NCBI GenBank assembly: GCA_964391455.1
Contig: CAYMJQ010000005.1
Span: 1-44,968, forward strand
Direction of reading: 5' to 3'
From: an uncultured Candidatus Saccharibacteria bacterium
Lineage (GTDB): Bacteria; Patescibacteriota; Minisyncoccia; Phycocordibacterales; DATDWN01
Length of the DNA: 44,968 nt
Shown: one piece after another, positions 35,523 through 43,432 of the stretch
How positions within the stretch are numbered: the first letter of the stretch is position 1
Layout: each line of letters begins with the position of its first letter
Program-made: the position numbers and the translations under genes
The notes under the pieces: model-generated
The model's database searches: none
What the model saw: only the letters and a program-made list of their open reading frames with translations
Told to the model about the DNA's origin: nothing

Positions 35523-36422
35523 TTATTTTTGGCATTTTTTGCAAAATATTGTAGTTCTACTTTGTATTTTTGTTTTTTGTAAAACGTTTAAACATCTAGG
35601 ACATTTCTCACCAGATTTACCGTATACTTTGTGTTCTCTGGCGTAATTTCCAACTGATTCATCTAAAAGTCTATAGGTTGCCACAGAGGATCCACCAACT
35701 TTGATTGCTTTTTTAATTATTCTGACAATCGATTTGTGTAGGAGTTTTATTTCATTTATTTTTAGAGAGAAGGCTGGTCTTTCTGGATTTATTTTTGCTT
35801 CAAAAAGACTTTCGTCTGCGTAAATGTTTCCAATTCCAGTTACTACTTCTTGGTTCATCAAAACTGCTTTAATTTTACCTTTTTTATTTTTAAGTGAGCT
35901 TTCTAGATATTTTGGAGTAAATTTTTTATCTAAAGGTTCTAATCCTAGTAATTCAAAATGTTTTGCTTCTTCAAATATTTTTGTGTTTGGGTGGTACAAA
36001 AGATAGCCAAACATTCTTGTGTCGTTGTAGTAAAGTGTTCCTTTGTTTAATTCAAAAATTATGTGAGTGTGTTTGTTCGGTATTTGTTTTTCGGATATTT
36101 CTATCGGGTGTCCACCAATTATTTTTTTATCATTACCTAATTCTTTATATACAAATTGTCCAGACATTTTAAGATGAACTAATAAAATTTTACCGCTTTT
36201 GAATTTGAAAATTAAATTTTTTGCTCTTCTTTCTATTTCTAAAAAAATTTCACTCTTTAAACCCTCTTCAAACTCTTTCACTTTTTTGTTTGAAGACACT
36301 CTTAATGTTCCTTTTCCAGATACAAGTTTCGGCTTGTAAACTTTAACTTTTAATATCTTTTGTTCAATGATCTTTTTTTCTAATCCTATTCGAAGATTTT
36401 CTACTTCAGGTAGTTCAGGCAT
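35523..36422 (-). CDS. mutM: Formamidopyrimidine-DNA glycosylase (Fpg/MutM)
   Basis: MPELPEVE N-terminus, H2TH region GIGNIYADE, and C-terminal zinc finger CPRC...CKKC. Confidence 0.9.
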   Translation of the reverse strand: MPELPEVENLRIGLEKKIIEQKILKVKVYKPKLVSGKGTLRVSSNKKVKEFEEGLKSEIFLEIERRAKNLIFKFKSGKILLVHLKMSGQFVYKELGNDKKIIGGHPIEISEKQIPNKHTHIIFELNKGTLYYNDTRMFGYLLYHPNTKIFEEAKHFELLGLEPLDKKFTPKYLESSLKNKKGKIKAVLMNQEVVTGIGNIYADESLFEAKINPERPAFSLKINEIKLLHKSIVRIIKKAIKVGGSSVATYRLLDESVGNYAREHKVYGKSGEKCPRCLNVLQKTKIQSRTTIFCKKCQK

Positions 36423-36423
36423 A

Positions 36424-36813
36424 TTATTTATTTTTTTTAGTATCCAAATAGCTTTGTAGTATTATCGCCGCTGCAGAAGCATCGGTCATTTTGTTTTTGC
36501 CTTGGAGTTTTTCTGCTTGTACAGAGCTTAGGAATTCAGGATGAAATATGATATCCAGTCCAGTTTCTTTTTTTAATTTTTCTGTAAAAAATCTAATCTC
36601 TTTCATTATTGGGTTATCATCACCATTGTAATTTTTAGAGTCTCCAAAAATTAGCATTCCAACTTCTTTTTCTTGGCAGATTTTTCTAATTTCATCTAAA
36701 AGGGTGGGGGAGTTTTTTAGAACAGTAAGTGGGTATGCAAAATTTCCATTTTCGTCAGAAAACGCTACACCTACATTTTTTGTTCCAAAATCTATACCTA
36801 GAATTCTTTTCAT
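36424..36813 (-). CDS. ruvX: YqgF/RuvX putative pre-16S rRNA nuclease / resolvase-like protein
   Basis: ILGIDFGTKNVGVAFSD start, 129 aa. Confidence 0.85.
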   Translation of the reverse strand: MKRILGIDFGTKNVGVAFSDENGNFAYPLTVLKNSPTLLDEIRKICQEKEVGMLIFGDSKNYNGDDNPIMKEIRFFTEKLKKETGLDIIFHPEFLSSVQAEKLQGKNKMTDASAAAIILQSYLDTKKNK

Positions 36814-36880
36814 GTTTTGTAGTCTACATCAAAAATCAAGTCTTTGCATTAAGCTGTATTTTTGATAGGATAACTTCTAC

Positions 36881-36967
36881 GGATGGGTGGCTGAGTGGTC
36901 TAAAGCAACAGTCTTGAAAACTGTCGTCTGGGCAACTGGACCGTGAGTTCGAATCTCACCCCATCCG
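36881..36967 (+). tRNA. tRNA-Ser (anticodon UGA) with a long variable arm, no encoded CCA
   Basis: GGATGGG acceptor pairs with CCCATCC. Anticodon arm ACAGT-CTTGAAA-ACTGT. T arm GTGAG-TTCGAAT-CTCAC. Confidence 0.9.
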
Positions 36968-37000
36968 CAAACGAAAACCGCGAAAGCGGTTTTTTGTTTG
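36968..37000. terminator. A-tract/hairpin/T-tract terminator after tRNA-Ser
   Basis: CAAACGAAAACCGC-GAAA-GCGGTTTTTTGTTTG. Confidence 0.75.
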
Positions 37001-37042
37001 GGTTGGGAGCAAAGTGTGGGACACTTTGCGTGTGGATTCGAA

Positions 37043-37134
37043 AGACGGAGCGGGGAACCCGTCGAGTACGACGGGTCGCGAGTCAGGGTTGTGCGGCTAA
37101 AATTGTGACGACAATTTTAGAACGCCTGACCGAA
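37043..37134 (+). repeat. Two-hairpin G+C-enriched intergenic element, copy D
   Basis: AGACGGAGC, hairpin CCCGTCG-AGTA-CGACGGG, GCGAGTCAGGG, hairpin CTAAAATTGT-GACG-ACAATTTTAG, then CTGACCGAA. Confidence 0.55.
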
Positions 37135-37149
37135 TCTCACCTCATCCGC
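37131..37149 (+). repeat. Degenerate copy of the tRNA-Ser 3' end (18/19 nt)
   Basis: CGAATCTCACCTCATCCGC versus CGAATCTCACCCCATCCGC at 36950-36968. Confidence 0.8.
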
Positions 37150-37359
37150 TAGTTGGAATTTTGCAAGCGAGAAGACATTGCTTTGCAGTGGCTGTGCCCC
37201 GCTCGGCTAGGATTAGAGGGGTTTTTAGCGAAAAAGAAAAGGATTTATCAATAAAAAATTTTTTTCATAAGGATTTTAGGGAAGAAACTCGTTGAGTTTT
37301 TTGTTTTTAATTTGATTTTTGATTCACAAAAGCATATTCTTGAGTACAGGAGGACCATC

Positions 37360-37791
37360 ATGAGTTTCCGCTTATGGACACTAGGTTTCGTATTGGTCTT
37401 TAGCCTGATCGCATGTTCTAGTGGTGACATTTCGTTGCCACAAGTTCAGATGGCAACCACACAGGAGCCACAAGACGTCTCTCTCGTGCAGTTGATCGCC
37501 AACCCGAATAAGTATCACAAAAGTCTGGTACGGGTCATCGGTTTCTGCCGTTTGGAATTTGAGGGTAATGCCCTCTACATCCATCGAGACGACTTCGAGT
37601 ATAGTATCAGCAAGAACGGTGTCTGGATCCAAGTTGGTTGGCCTATACCAGAGGATTTCCGAGAAATGAGTGACGAGTATGTGATCGTCGAAGCGATTTT
37701 TGACGCCGAACAGAAGGGACACTTCGGGATGTTCTCGGGATCACTTGAGGAAGTCAGGCGACTTGATCGCTGGGGATTACGAGCAAAGTGA
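37360..37791 (+). CDS. G+C-rich hypothetical lipoprotein (143 aa)
   Basis: The ATG lies 6 nt after AGGAGG (37348-37353). Signal peptide with lipobox LIAC. 33/60 G+C in line 37441-37500. Confidence 0.6.
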   Translation: MSFRLWTLGFVLVFSLIACSSGDISLPQVQMATTQEPQDVSLVQLIANPNKYHKSLVRVIGFCRLEFEGNALYIHRDDFEYSISKNGVWIQVGWPIPEDFREMSDEYVIVEAIFDAEQKGHFGMFSGSLEEVRRLDRWGLRAK

Positions 37792-37797
37792 GTGTTT

Positions 37798-37849
37798 GTC
37801 GACGAGTCGGGATCGAGAACACTTAGTAACTCGTGACCGAATCTGTCAC
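37798..37849 (+). repeat. Partial copy C of the two-hairpin element, ending in a T-arm-like hairpin
   Basis: GTCGACGAGTCGGG..CTCGTGACC. GTGAC-CGAATCT-GTCAC (37833-37849) mimics the tRNA-Ser T arm GTGAG-TTCGAAT-CTCAC. Confidence 0.5.
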
Positions 37850-37926
37850 AGATAATTTTTTGCTAAAAATTTCTGCAACCCCACCTCGGCTTGTCAGCCT
37901 CCGGTCTTGCGATTGGGTTCAGTCCC

Positions 37927-37943
37927 AATCTCACCCCATCCGC
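37927..37943 (+). repeat. Exact 17-nt copy of the tRNA-Ser 3' end (att-like direct repeat)
   Basis: AATCTCACCCCATCCGC is identical to 36952-36968. Confidence 0.85.
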
Positions 37944-37952
37944 CAAAATTGG

Positions 37953-37986
37953 AAATCTCCAATACTGTCAAGTATTGGAGATTTTT
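37953..37986. terminator. Hairpin terminator directly after the distal tRNA-end repeat
   Basis: AAATCTCCAATACT-GTCA-AGTATTGGAGATTT followed by TT. Confidence 0.7.
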
Positions 37987-38044
37987 ATACTTCACAATAA
38001 GTCTCTTTGACACTTTATTTTTTGTGTTAGAATTTAGTGTATAA

Positions 38045-39949
38045 ATGAGTAAAGTTTTAGAAAAATCCAAATTCTTAATTGCGGCAACATTGGTCGTTGT
38101 TTTGTTCTTGTATGTAGTATATCCTGCAATATTGCTTGCGACGCCAAACATTGATTCTTACTCTTCTGCTGGGAGTATAGGAGGATCTGGGAATACTGTA
38201 AGTTTAAGTTTGCCATCAGGTCTTACCTCAGGTGATTTACTCGTGGCTTGTATATCTGGCAATGTTGGTGCTGGGGAAACAGCAGAAGTCTCTGCTTCTG
38301 GCTGGACACACGTGGCTACTGTTGGTGGTAGTTCATCTAACAAAATTGGTATGATGTATCGTTTTTGGCAACCAGCAGATAGTGACCCTGTGGTTTTTAC
38401 ATTATCTAGTGGTTCAGCGTCGGCACGTCGGGGTATGATGTGGCGAATTTCTGGTGCTAATGCTTCACCTTCTGCTGCAACTCCAAGTACTCGAGATCAG
38501 ACATCTGGAAATTCAGATAGAATTTATAACAGCATTACAACTTCTGAAGACAATTCGCTTCTTTTGGGTTGTTTGGCTTGGAACACAAATGATTCAACTT
38601 ATACACCTGATGCATCTCTTTCTAATAGTGTAACCGAAAATAGGTTTGCTGGTGATTATAGAGTACAAGCTTCTGCTGGAGCTAGTGGTTCTTTTACAGG
38701 TAGTGGTACGAGCGCAACATATAAATCAATTCTTTGGGCAGTAGCACCTGGTGCTGGACCAAATACTGCACCTTCTGTTGTCGCCAATAGTCCTGCTGAC
38801 AGTGCTACCGGTATTTCAACAACACCAACTTTAAACTTTACTGGCTCTGATGATGACGATGATGATTTAACCTACGAAATACAAATAACTGATAACCCTG
38901 ATGCTTATACTGGAGGTGAAATTTTAGTTGACAGTTATTCTGGTATTGGAGGTACTCCGTTTGTAATTCATCCAAATCCACTATCATCAGTAACATCGCC
39001 AACTACAGGAAATATCCAGACAGACGACAGGGCTTGTCAGAGTTTTACCGGAAATGGTGGACGTATAACCAGAGCTTCTTTTTATTTTGGGGTTAATGAA
39101 ACTAGCCCATCTTCTACTGATGGGACTTTATATGCTAGGATTTACAATATAGACGGTACACATGGGACCAATGCCAGACCTGCTGGAGCAACTGCAGCTC
39201 CTTCTGGTTCTGCTACAAATGAGGGAGACAATACTCCTACAACAGGATGGTTAGCTGTATCTGATGGCTTACCTTTTGATGAAAATGGAGAAACTCAATT
39301 CCATGATGTGACTTTTAGTGGTAATCAGATCATAAGAACCACTAACGGTGAGAATTACATGTTGTGTGCTGATTGGGTACCAAACGATACTGATATTAAT
39401 AATGCACCAGCGTTTAGAGCAACTTCAGGTAATCCAAGTGGCCATGACGGAAATGCTTGGATTGATGGTGATTCTGCTAACTACGGTGATGGAGCTGCTG
39501 ATTTTATTGATGATTCAGATGTTTGGTTTAGGGTATATGAGACATATATTTTATTGTCAAAAGCAAGTAACGCTGATGCCGGCTTCTTAAATACTGTTAG
39601 TGGCGGTGATACAGATCCTTTCAATGCTGGAGAGCAAATCTCATATACTGTACAATCTGGAGATACCTTAGCTTCTAATGCTATTTATTATTGGCAGGTG
39701 AGAGCTAAAGACCCATCAGGTTCAGACAATTTTTCTACCTATAGCACTACAAGAAGTTTTACTACATCTAGTGGATCATCAAATACTAAAGGGAGTAGTG
39801 GAGCTTCAACCGAAGTTAACTCAGGTGCAGGTACTCCTACTGGAGGTGGTACAAGCAGATCTGGTTCCGGAGGGGGTGATGGTTCCGGAGGCGGAGGTCC
39901 TACTGGAGGAGGAAGCTCATTTGGTAAAAGTGGAGGTCCTAGTCCTTAA
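38045..39949 (+). CDS. Secreted 634-aa protein with an FN3-like segment, a poly-Asp run and a Gly/Ser-rich tail
   Basis: N-terminal TM/signal sequence. PSVVANSPADSATGISTTPTLNFTGSDDDDDDLTYEIQI. C-terminal GGGTSRSGSGGGDGSGGGGPTGGG. Confidence 0.65.
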   Translation: MSKVLEKSKFLIAATLVVVLFLYVVYPAILLATPNIDSYSSAGSIGGSGNTVSLSLPSGLTSGDLLVACISGNVGAGETAEVSASGWTHVATVGGSSSNKIGMMYRFWQPADSDPVVFTLSSGSASARRGMMWRISGANASPSAATPSTRDQTSGNSDRIYNSITTSEDNSLLLGCLAWNTNDSTYTPDASLSNSVTENRFAGDYRVQASAGASGSFTGSGTSATYKSILWAVAPGAGPNTAPSVVANSPADSATGISTTPTLNFTGSDDDDDDLTYEIQITDNPDAYTGGEILVDSYSGIGGTPFVIHPNPLSSVTSPTTGNIQTDDRACQSFTGNGGRITRASFYFGVNETSPSSTDGTLYARIYNIDGTHGTNARPAGATAAPSGSATNEGDNTPTTGWLAVSDGLPFDENGETQFHDVTFSGNQIIRTTNGENYMLCADWVPNDTDINNAPAFRATSGNPSGHDGNAWIDGDSANYGDGAADFIDDSDVWFRVYETYILLSKASNADAGFLNTVSGGDTDPFNAGEQISYTVQSGDTLASNAIYYWQVRAKDPSGSDNFSTYSTTRSFTTSSGSSNTKGSSGASTEVNSGAGTPTGGGTSRSGSGGGDGSGGGGPTGGGSSFGKSGGPSP

Positions 39950-40005
39950 TAATTTGTTAATAAATAAGGAGTTAAAATATTTTTATAATAGTATACTTAA
40001 TATAT

Positions 40006-40446
40006 ATGACAATAAAACAATTGACTGTTCTTTTATCTAGAGTTGCGTTGTTTGTTATGTATTTTTGGTTCGGTTTACTTAAAGTTATAGGTCAAAGTCC
40101 TGCTAGTCCACTAGTAGAACAATTATTTGATAAAACTATTTCAGGTATTCTTCCTTTTAGTTCATTTATTGTTTTGTTCGGTTTGTTTGAAATGGCAATA
40201 GGTATTTTATTTTTTATACCTAAATTTGAAAAACTTGCTGTCGGTTTATTTGGGGTACATATTTTTACTACGGCATTACCACTTCTTATTATAGGAGAAA
40301 TATGGACTAAGTTTTTTGTGCCAACAATAGAAGGACAATATATAATAAAAAATTTAGCTCTTATTGTTTGTGCTATGAATATTTGGATTGCTGGCACAGA
40401 GTTTCAAAAAAATAAAAATGTAGATTCAATATTAACTAATATGTAA
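40006..40446 (+). CDS. Small polytopic membrane protein (DoxX/DUF417-like)
   Basis: Four hydrophobic helices. No firm motif. Confidence 0.4.
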   Translation: MTIKQLTVLLSRVALFVMYFWFGLLKVIGQSPASPLVEQLFDKTISGILPFSSFIVLFGLFEMAIGILFFIPKFEKLAVGLFGVHIFTTALPLLIIGEIWTKFFVPTIEGQYIIKNLALIVCAMNIWIAGTEFQKNKNVDSILTNM

Positions 40447-40450
40447 TTTA

Positions 40451-40906
40451 ATGGAAAAGATCTCTTGGAGCACAGTTGAATATTTTCATACTGAGAAGAC
40501 TAATGATTGGTATTGGATAGTTGGCATGATTACTATTTCAATAGCAATAATATCTGTAATTCTAAACAATGTGATTTTTGCAATACTTATTTTGGTGTCT
40601 TCATTTACATTAACTATTTTTGCTTCCAAAAGGCCCGATATAGTTTCTGTCACATTAGATAAATCAGGTGTTACTTTTGGTAGAAATAGATATTCTTATT
40701 CAAACATAGAATCTTTTTGGATTGAAACAAGAGATTCTTACCCAAGAATTCTTTTAAAGACTAAAAAGTTTTTAATGCCTTTTATCATCATACATACAGA
40801 AGATGAAGACCCTGAACAAATAAAAGAATTTTTATCTAAATATTTACCAGAAGAAGAAAATTCAGAACCCTTACTGGAAAAAGTTTTATTATATTTAGGT
40901 TTTTAA
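40451..40906 (+). CDS. Hypothetical membrane protein with two TM helices and a soluble C-terminal domain
   Basis: ORF packing and hydrophobic hairpin WYWIVGMITISIAIISVILNNVIFAILILVSSF. Confidence 0.45.
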   Translation: MEKISWSTVEYFHTEKTNDWYWIVGMITISIAIISVILNNVIFAILILVSSFTLTIFASKRPDIVSVTLDKSGVTFGRNRYSYSNIESFWIETRDSYPRILLKTKKFLMPFIIIHTEDEDPEQIKEFLSKYLPEEENSEPLLEKVLLYLGF

Positions 40907-40938
40907 CTTGTGTTTTTTGTGTTAGGATTTTTCCGTTT

Positions 40939-41010
40939 GCTCTTGTAGTTTAATGGATAGAATGCTGGCCTGCGAAGCTGGCGATCCCAGTTCGATTCTG
41001 GGCGAGAGCA
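40939..41010 (+). tRNA. tRNA-Arg (anticodon GCG), no encoded CCA
   Basis: GCTCTTG-TA-GTTT-AATGGATA-GAAT-G-CTGGC-CTGCGAA-GCTGG-CGAT-CCCAG-TTCGATT-CTGGG-CGAGAGC-A. The D and anticodon stems contain G-U pairs. Confidence 0.8.
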
Positions 41011-41058
41011 CAAGTGTACTAAAAAACCCCAACTGCTTGGGATTTTTTAGTACACTTG
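41011..41058. terminator. Extended terminator hairpin after tRNA-Arg
   Basis: CAAGTGTACTAAAAAACCCCA-ACTGC-TTGGGATTTTTTAGTACACTTG. Confidence 0.7.
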
Positions 41059-41060
41059 TG

Positions 41061-41150
41061 AGACGGAGCTATGTTTTTGTACCAACAAAAACAAGCGAGT
41101 CGGGGTCGCAAAAATTTATGAGCGACGGCGAATAAATTATTTGTGACCAA
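41061..41150 (+). repeat. Two-hairpin G+C-enriched intergenic element, copy B
   Basis: AGACGGAGC, hairpin TGTTTTTGT-ACCA-ACAAAAACA, GCGAGTCGGGG, hairpin GGTCGCAAAAATTTAT..ATAAATTATTTGTGACC. Confidence 0.6.
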
Positions 41151-41154
41151 GTTA

Positions 41155-41178
41155 AACCCCAACTGCTTGGGATTTTTT
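41155..41178. repeat. Second copy of the 24-bp terminator core AACCCCAACTGCTTGGGATTTTTT, which also serves as the rpsT terminator
   Basis: Identical to 41025-41048. The two copies flank element copy B. Confidence 0.85.
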
Positions 41179-41179
41179 C

Positions 41180-41443
41180 TTATTTTATTTTTTTAATCAT
41201 CGCCACTAGTCTTGATTTTTTTCTAGAAGCATTATTTAACTTCAAAAGTCCTGTTTTTACTGATTTATCTAGTATCTTTTGAACATTTTTCATTTGTTCA
41301 GCTACTACTTTAACATCCTTTTTTTGAATAAGAGATTTTAGATTTTTTATAGCTTTGTTTACAGCGTCTTTTTTCCTTTTGTTAAACAACCTCTTTTTCC
41401 CAGAGTTTCTTAAGGCTTTTTTAGCTGATCTTGTTATTGGCAT
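41180..41443 (-). CDS. rpsT: 30S ribosomal protein S20
   Basis: MPITRSAKKALRNSGKKRLFNKRKK. Start moved to the internal Met at 41443. Confidence 0.9.
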   Translation of the reverse strand: MPITRSAKKALRNSGKKRLFNKRKKDAVNKAIKNLKSLIQKKDVKVVAEQMKNVQKILDKSVKTGLLKLNNASRKKSRLVAMIKKIK

Positions 41444-41521
41444 AGACCAGATACTATAATAAATCGATAAATAAATCAATACTCTAGGAGTAATATCTTA
41501 AATGATGTATTATTTAGAAAT

Positions 41522-42076
41522 ATGATAGGTTATCTAAGGGGAACAATAATAAATCAAGATTTAAAATCAATAATCTTAGATGTTTCTGGAGTTGGTTACA
41601 AGATTTATACTAATTCTGGGGGATTAGATTCCAAAAAAGATACCACAGTCTCTTTTTGGGTTTATACAGCAGTAAGAGAAAACTCTATAGATTTATATGG
41701 TTTTACAACTAAAGAAGAACTTGGTTTTTTTGAGCTATTGATAACTGTTTCTGGTATAGGTCCAAAGTCAGCACTTAGTATTCTTTCTATTGCCAGCGTC
41801 TCCAATCTAAAAAATGCGATTATTTCTGGTGATACAAGTCACCTTGTAAAAGTTTCTGGTGTTGGAAAAAAGAATGCAGAAAAAATCGTAATTGAATTAA
41901 AGGATAAATTATCAATGGACGGTGAGGTTAGTTATACATCTGGTGATGTAGATGTTATTGAGGCATTGAAAGCGTTGGGTTATGGAGAAAAAGAATCCAG
42001 AGAAGCATTAAAAAAGATTTCAGGGGGAAATAGTACAAGTGAAAAAATAAAAAAAGTTTTAAAATTATTATCTTAA
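41522..42076 (+). CDS. ruvA: Holliday junction DNA helicase subunit RuvA
   Basis: MIGYLRG..VGY.I, HhH motifs VSGIGPKSAL and VSGVGKKNAEKIV, and a C-terminal domain III. Confidence 0.9.
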   Translation: MIGYLRGTIINQDLKSIILDVSGVGYKIYTNSGGLDSKKDTTVSFWVYTAVRENSIDLYGFTTKEELGFFELLITVSGIGPKSALSILSIASVSNLKNAIISGDTSHLVKVSGVGKKNAEKIVIELKDKLSMDGEVSYTSGDVDVIEALKALGYGEKESREALKKISGGNSTSEKIKKVLKLLS

Positions 42077-42089
42077 TTTAAATTTTAAT

Positions 42090-42416
42090 ATGATATCTAT
42101 AGATGATTTTAAAAAGGTGGAAATAAAAATAGGGGAGATTTTATCTGCAGAAAAGGTTCAGAACTCAGATAAGTTGTTAAAACTTGAAGTTTCTTTTTCT
42201 GAACAAAGTCCTAGGCAAATAATATCTGGCATTTCTGCGTATTTCCCTGATATCAAAGTTTTGGTTGGGAAAAAATGTGCTTTTGTAACAAACTTGGAAC
42301 CAAGAATTATTATGGGGTTAGAGAGTCAGGGTATGATTTTGGCTGTTAGTGGAGATGATTTCTTTTCTCTTTTGTTGGTAAATGAGGACACTCCTCCTGG
42401 TAGTATGATTAGGTAA
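42090..42416 (+). CDS. Stand-alone tRNA-binding (EMAP/CsaA-like OB-fold) domain protein
   Basis: F.KVEIKIGEI..AEKV.NSDKLLKLEV.....RQIISGI...Y....LVGKK...V.NL.P. Confidence 0.75.
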   Translation: MISIDDFKKVEIKIGEILSAEKVQNSDKLLKLEVSFSEQSPRQIISGISAYFPDIKVLVGKKCAFVTNLEPRIIMGLESQGMILAVSGDDFFSLLLVNEDTPPGSMIR

Positions 42417-42459
42417 AAATAATTTCTTTTAAAAAAATATTTGGGGTATAATAAAGAAG

Positions 42460-43428
42460 ATGAATCTAAAGAAAATTTTTCAATTTTTTCCACCCCCAAA
42501 ATTTTTAGATTTACCTTATGCTGGAATACATATTTCGGACAAAGCAGTTAGATGTATTTCTTTTTCCAGAAAAAACAATACATTACATCTAGAAGGATTT
42601 ACGGAAAAACTATTACCAAATAGCTCAATAATAGATGGAAGCATACAGAATATTGATGCTGTAGTAAGTGTTTTATCTGATATAAAAAAAGAATTTAATC
42701 TAAATTATGTAAAAATGTCTCTCCCAGAAGAAAAAGCATATTTGTTTACAGCAAAAATACCATTTGTTAATGAGTCAGAAATAAAGAGTTCTGTTGAATC
42801 AAAAATTGAAGAAAATGTGCCAGTTTCTCCAATGGAGCTAATCTTTGATTATAAAATTTTTGAAAGACCGGATAAAGATCTTATAGATGTGGTTGTTTCT
42901 GCTCTTCCTATAAATGTAGTTGATTCATATTTGGAATTAGCAGAAAAATCAGGCCTTTCACTTTTATCTTTGGAAATAGAATCACAAGCCATGACTAGAT
43001 CAGTTGTTCCAAAATCAAAAAACGATACTTGTCTAATAGTGAATTATTCAGAAGACAAAGTTGGCTTATATGTATCTGTGTCAGGGGTTGTTAGGTTTAC
43101 ATCTACAGTTCAAACAAGAGGTGAATTTTCAAATAATCACGCTTTTTTGATACAAGAAATAAAAAGATTATATACCTACTGGCATACTCTCAAAGAAAAT
43201 ACCAATAGGGCAGAAAGAAAGATTTCTCATATATATGTGTGTGGAGAAAATATAGATGATTCCTTAGTTTCTTTTATAACAAATAACAGTAAGACAGAAT
43301 CTAGCTTAGCTAATGTTTGGGTAAATGTTTTTGATATAAATAAAAATGTACCAGAAATTCCTTTTGTTGATTCGCTGAAATATGCCGGAGCGATTGGTCT
43401 GGCTATGCCATCTAAAATCTTTATATAA
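42460..43428 (+). CDS. pilM: Type IV pilus assembly protein PilM (actin-like ATPase fold)
   Basis: Size, position before pilN/pilO-like genes, and N-terminal LDLPYAGIHISDKAVRCISF pattern. Confidence 0.7.
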   Translation: MNLKKIFQFFPPPKFLDLPYAGIHISDKAVRCISFSRKNNTLHLEGFTEKLLPNSSIIDGSIQNIDAVVSVLSDIKKEFNLNYVKMSLPEEKAYLFTAKIPFVNESEIKSSVESKIEENVPVSPMELIFDYKIFERPDKDLIDVVVSALPINVVDSYLELAEKSGLSLLSLEIESQAMTRSVVPKSKNDTCLIVNYSEDKVGLYVSVSGVVRFTSTVQTRGEFSNNHAFLIQEIKRLYTYWHTLKENTNRAERKISHIYVCGENIDDSLVSFITNNSKTESSLANVWVNVFDINKNVPEIPFVDSLKYAGAIGLAMPSKIFI

Positions 43429-43432
43429 AATT

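Noticed and set aside
36943-37152. 69-aa ORF overlapping the tRNA-Ser 3' end, its terminator and repeat copy D. The 60-aa ORF at 40953-41135 overlaps tRNA-Arg and copy B in the same way.
   Set aside because: Both start inside tRNA genes, run through terminator hairpins and lack an SD. These regions are better explained as structured non-coding repeats.
27660-37359. Longer N-terminal extensions given by the ORF track for the cassette genes (starts at 27660, 32247, 32774 and 37312)
   Set aside because: The upstream starts overlap the promoter hexamers or use non-ATG codons without an SD. The internal ATGs at 27708, 32274, 32801 and 37360 each sit 5-6 nt after a strong SD, and two of them open directly into signal peptides.
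32228-37990. Integron-like gene cassettes with attC sites
   Set aside because: There is no intI-like integrase and no attI. The hairpin elements lack the RYYYAAC/GTTRRRY core sites. The cassettes carry their own promoters and are dispersed.
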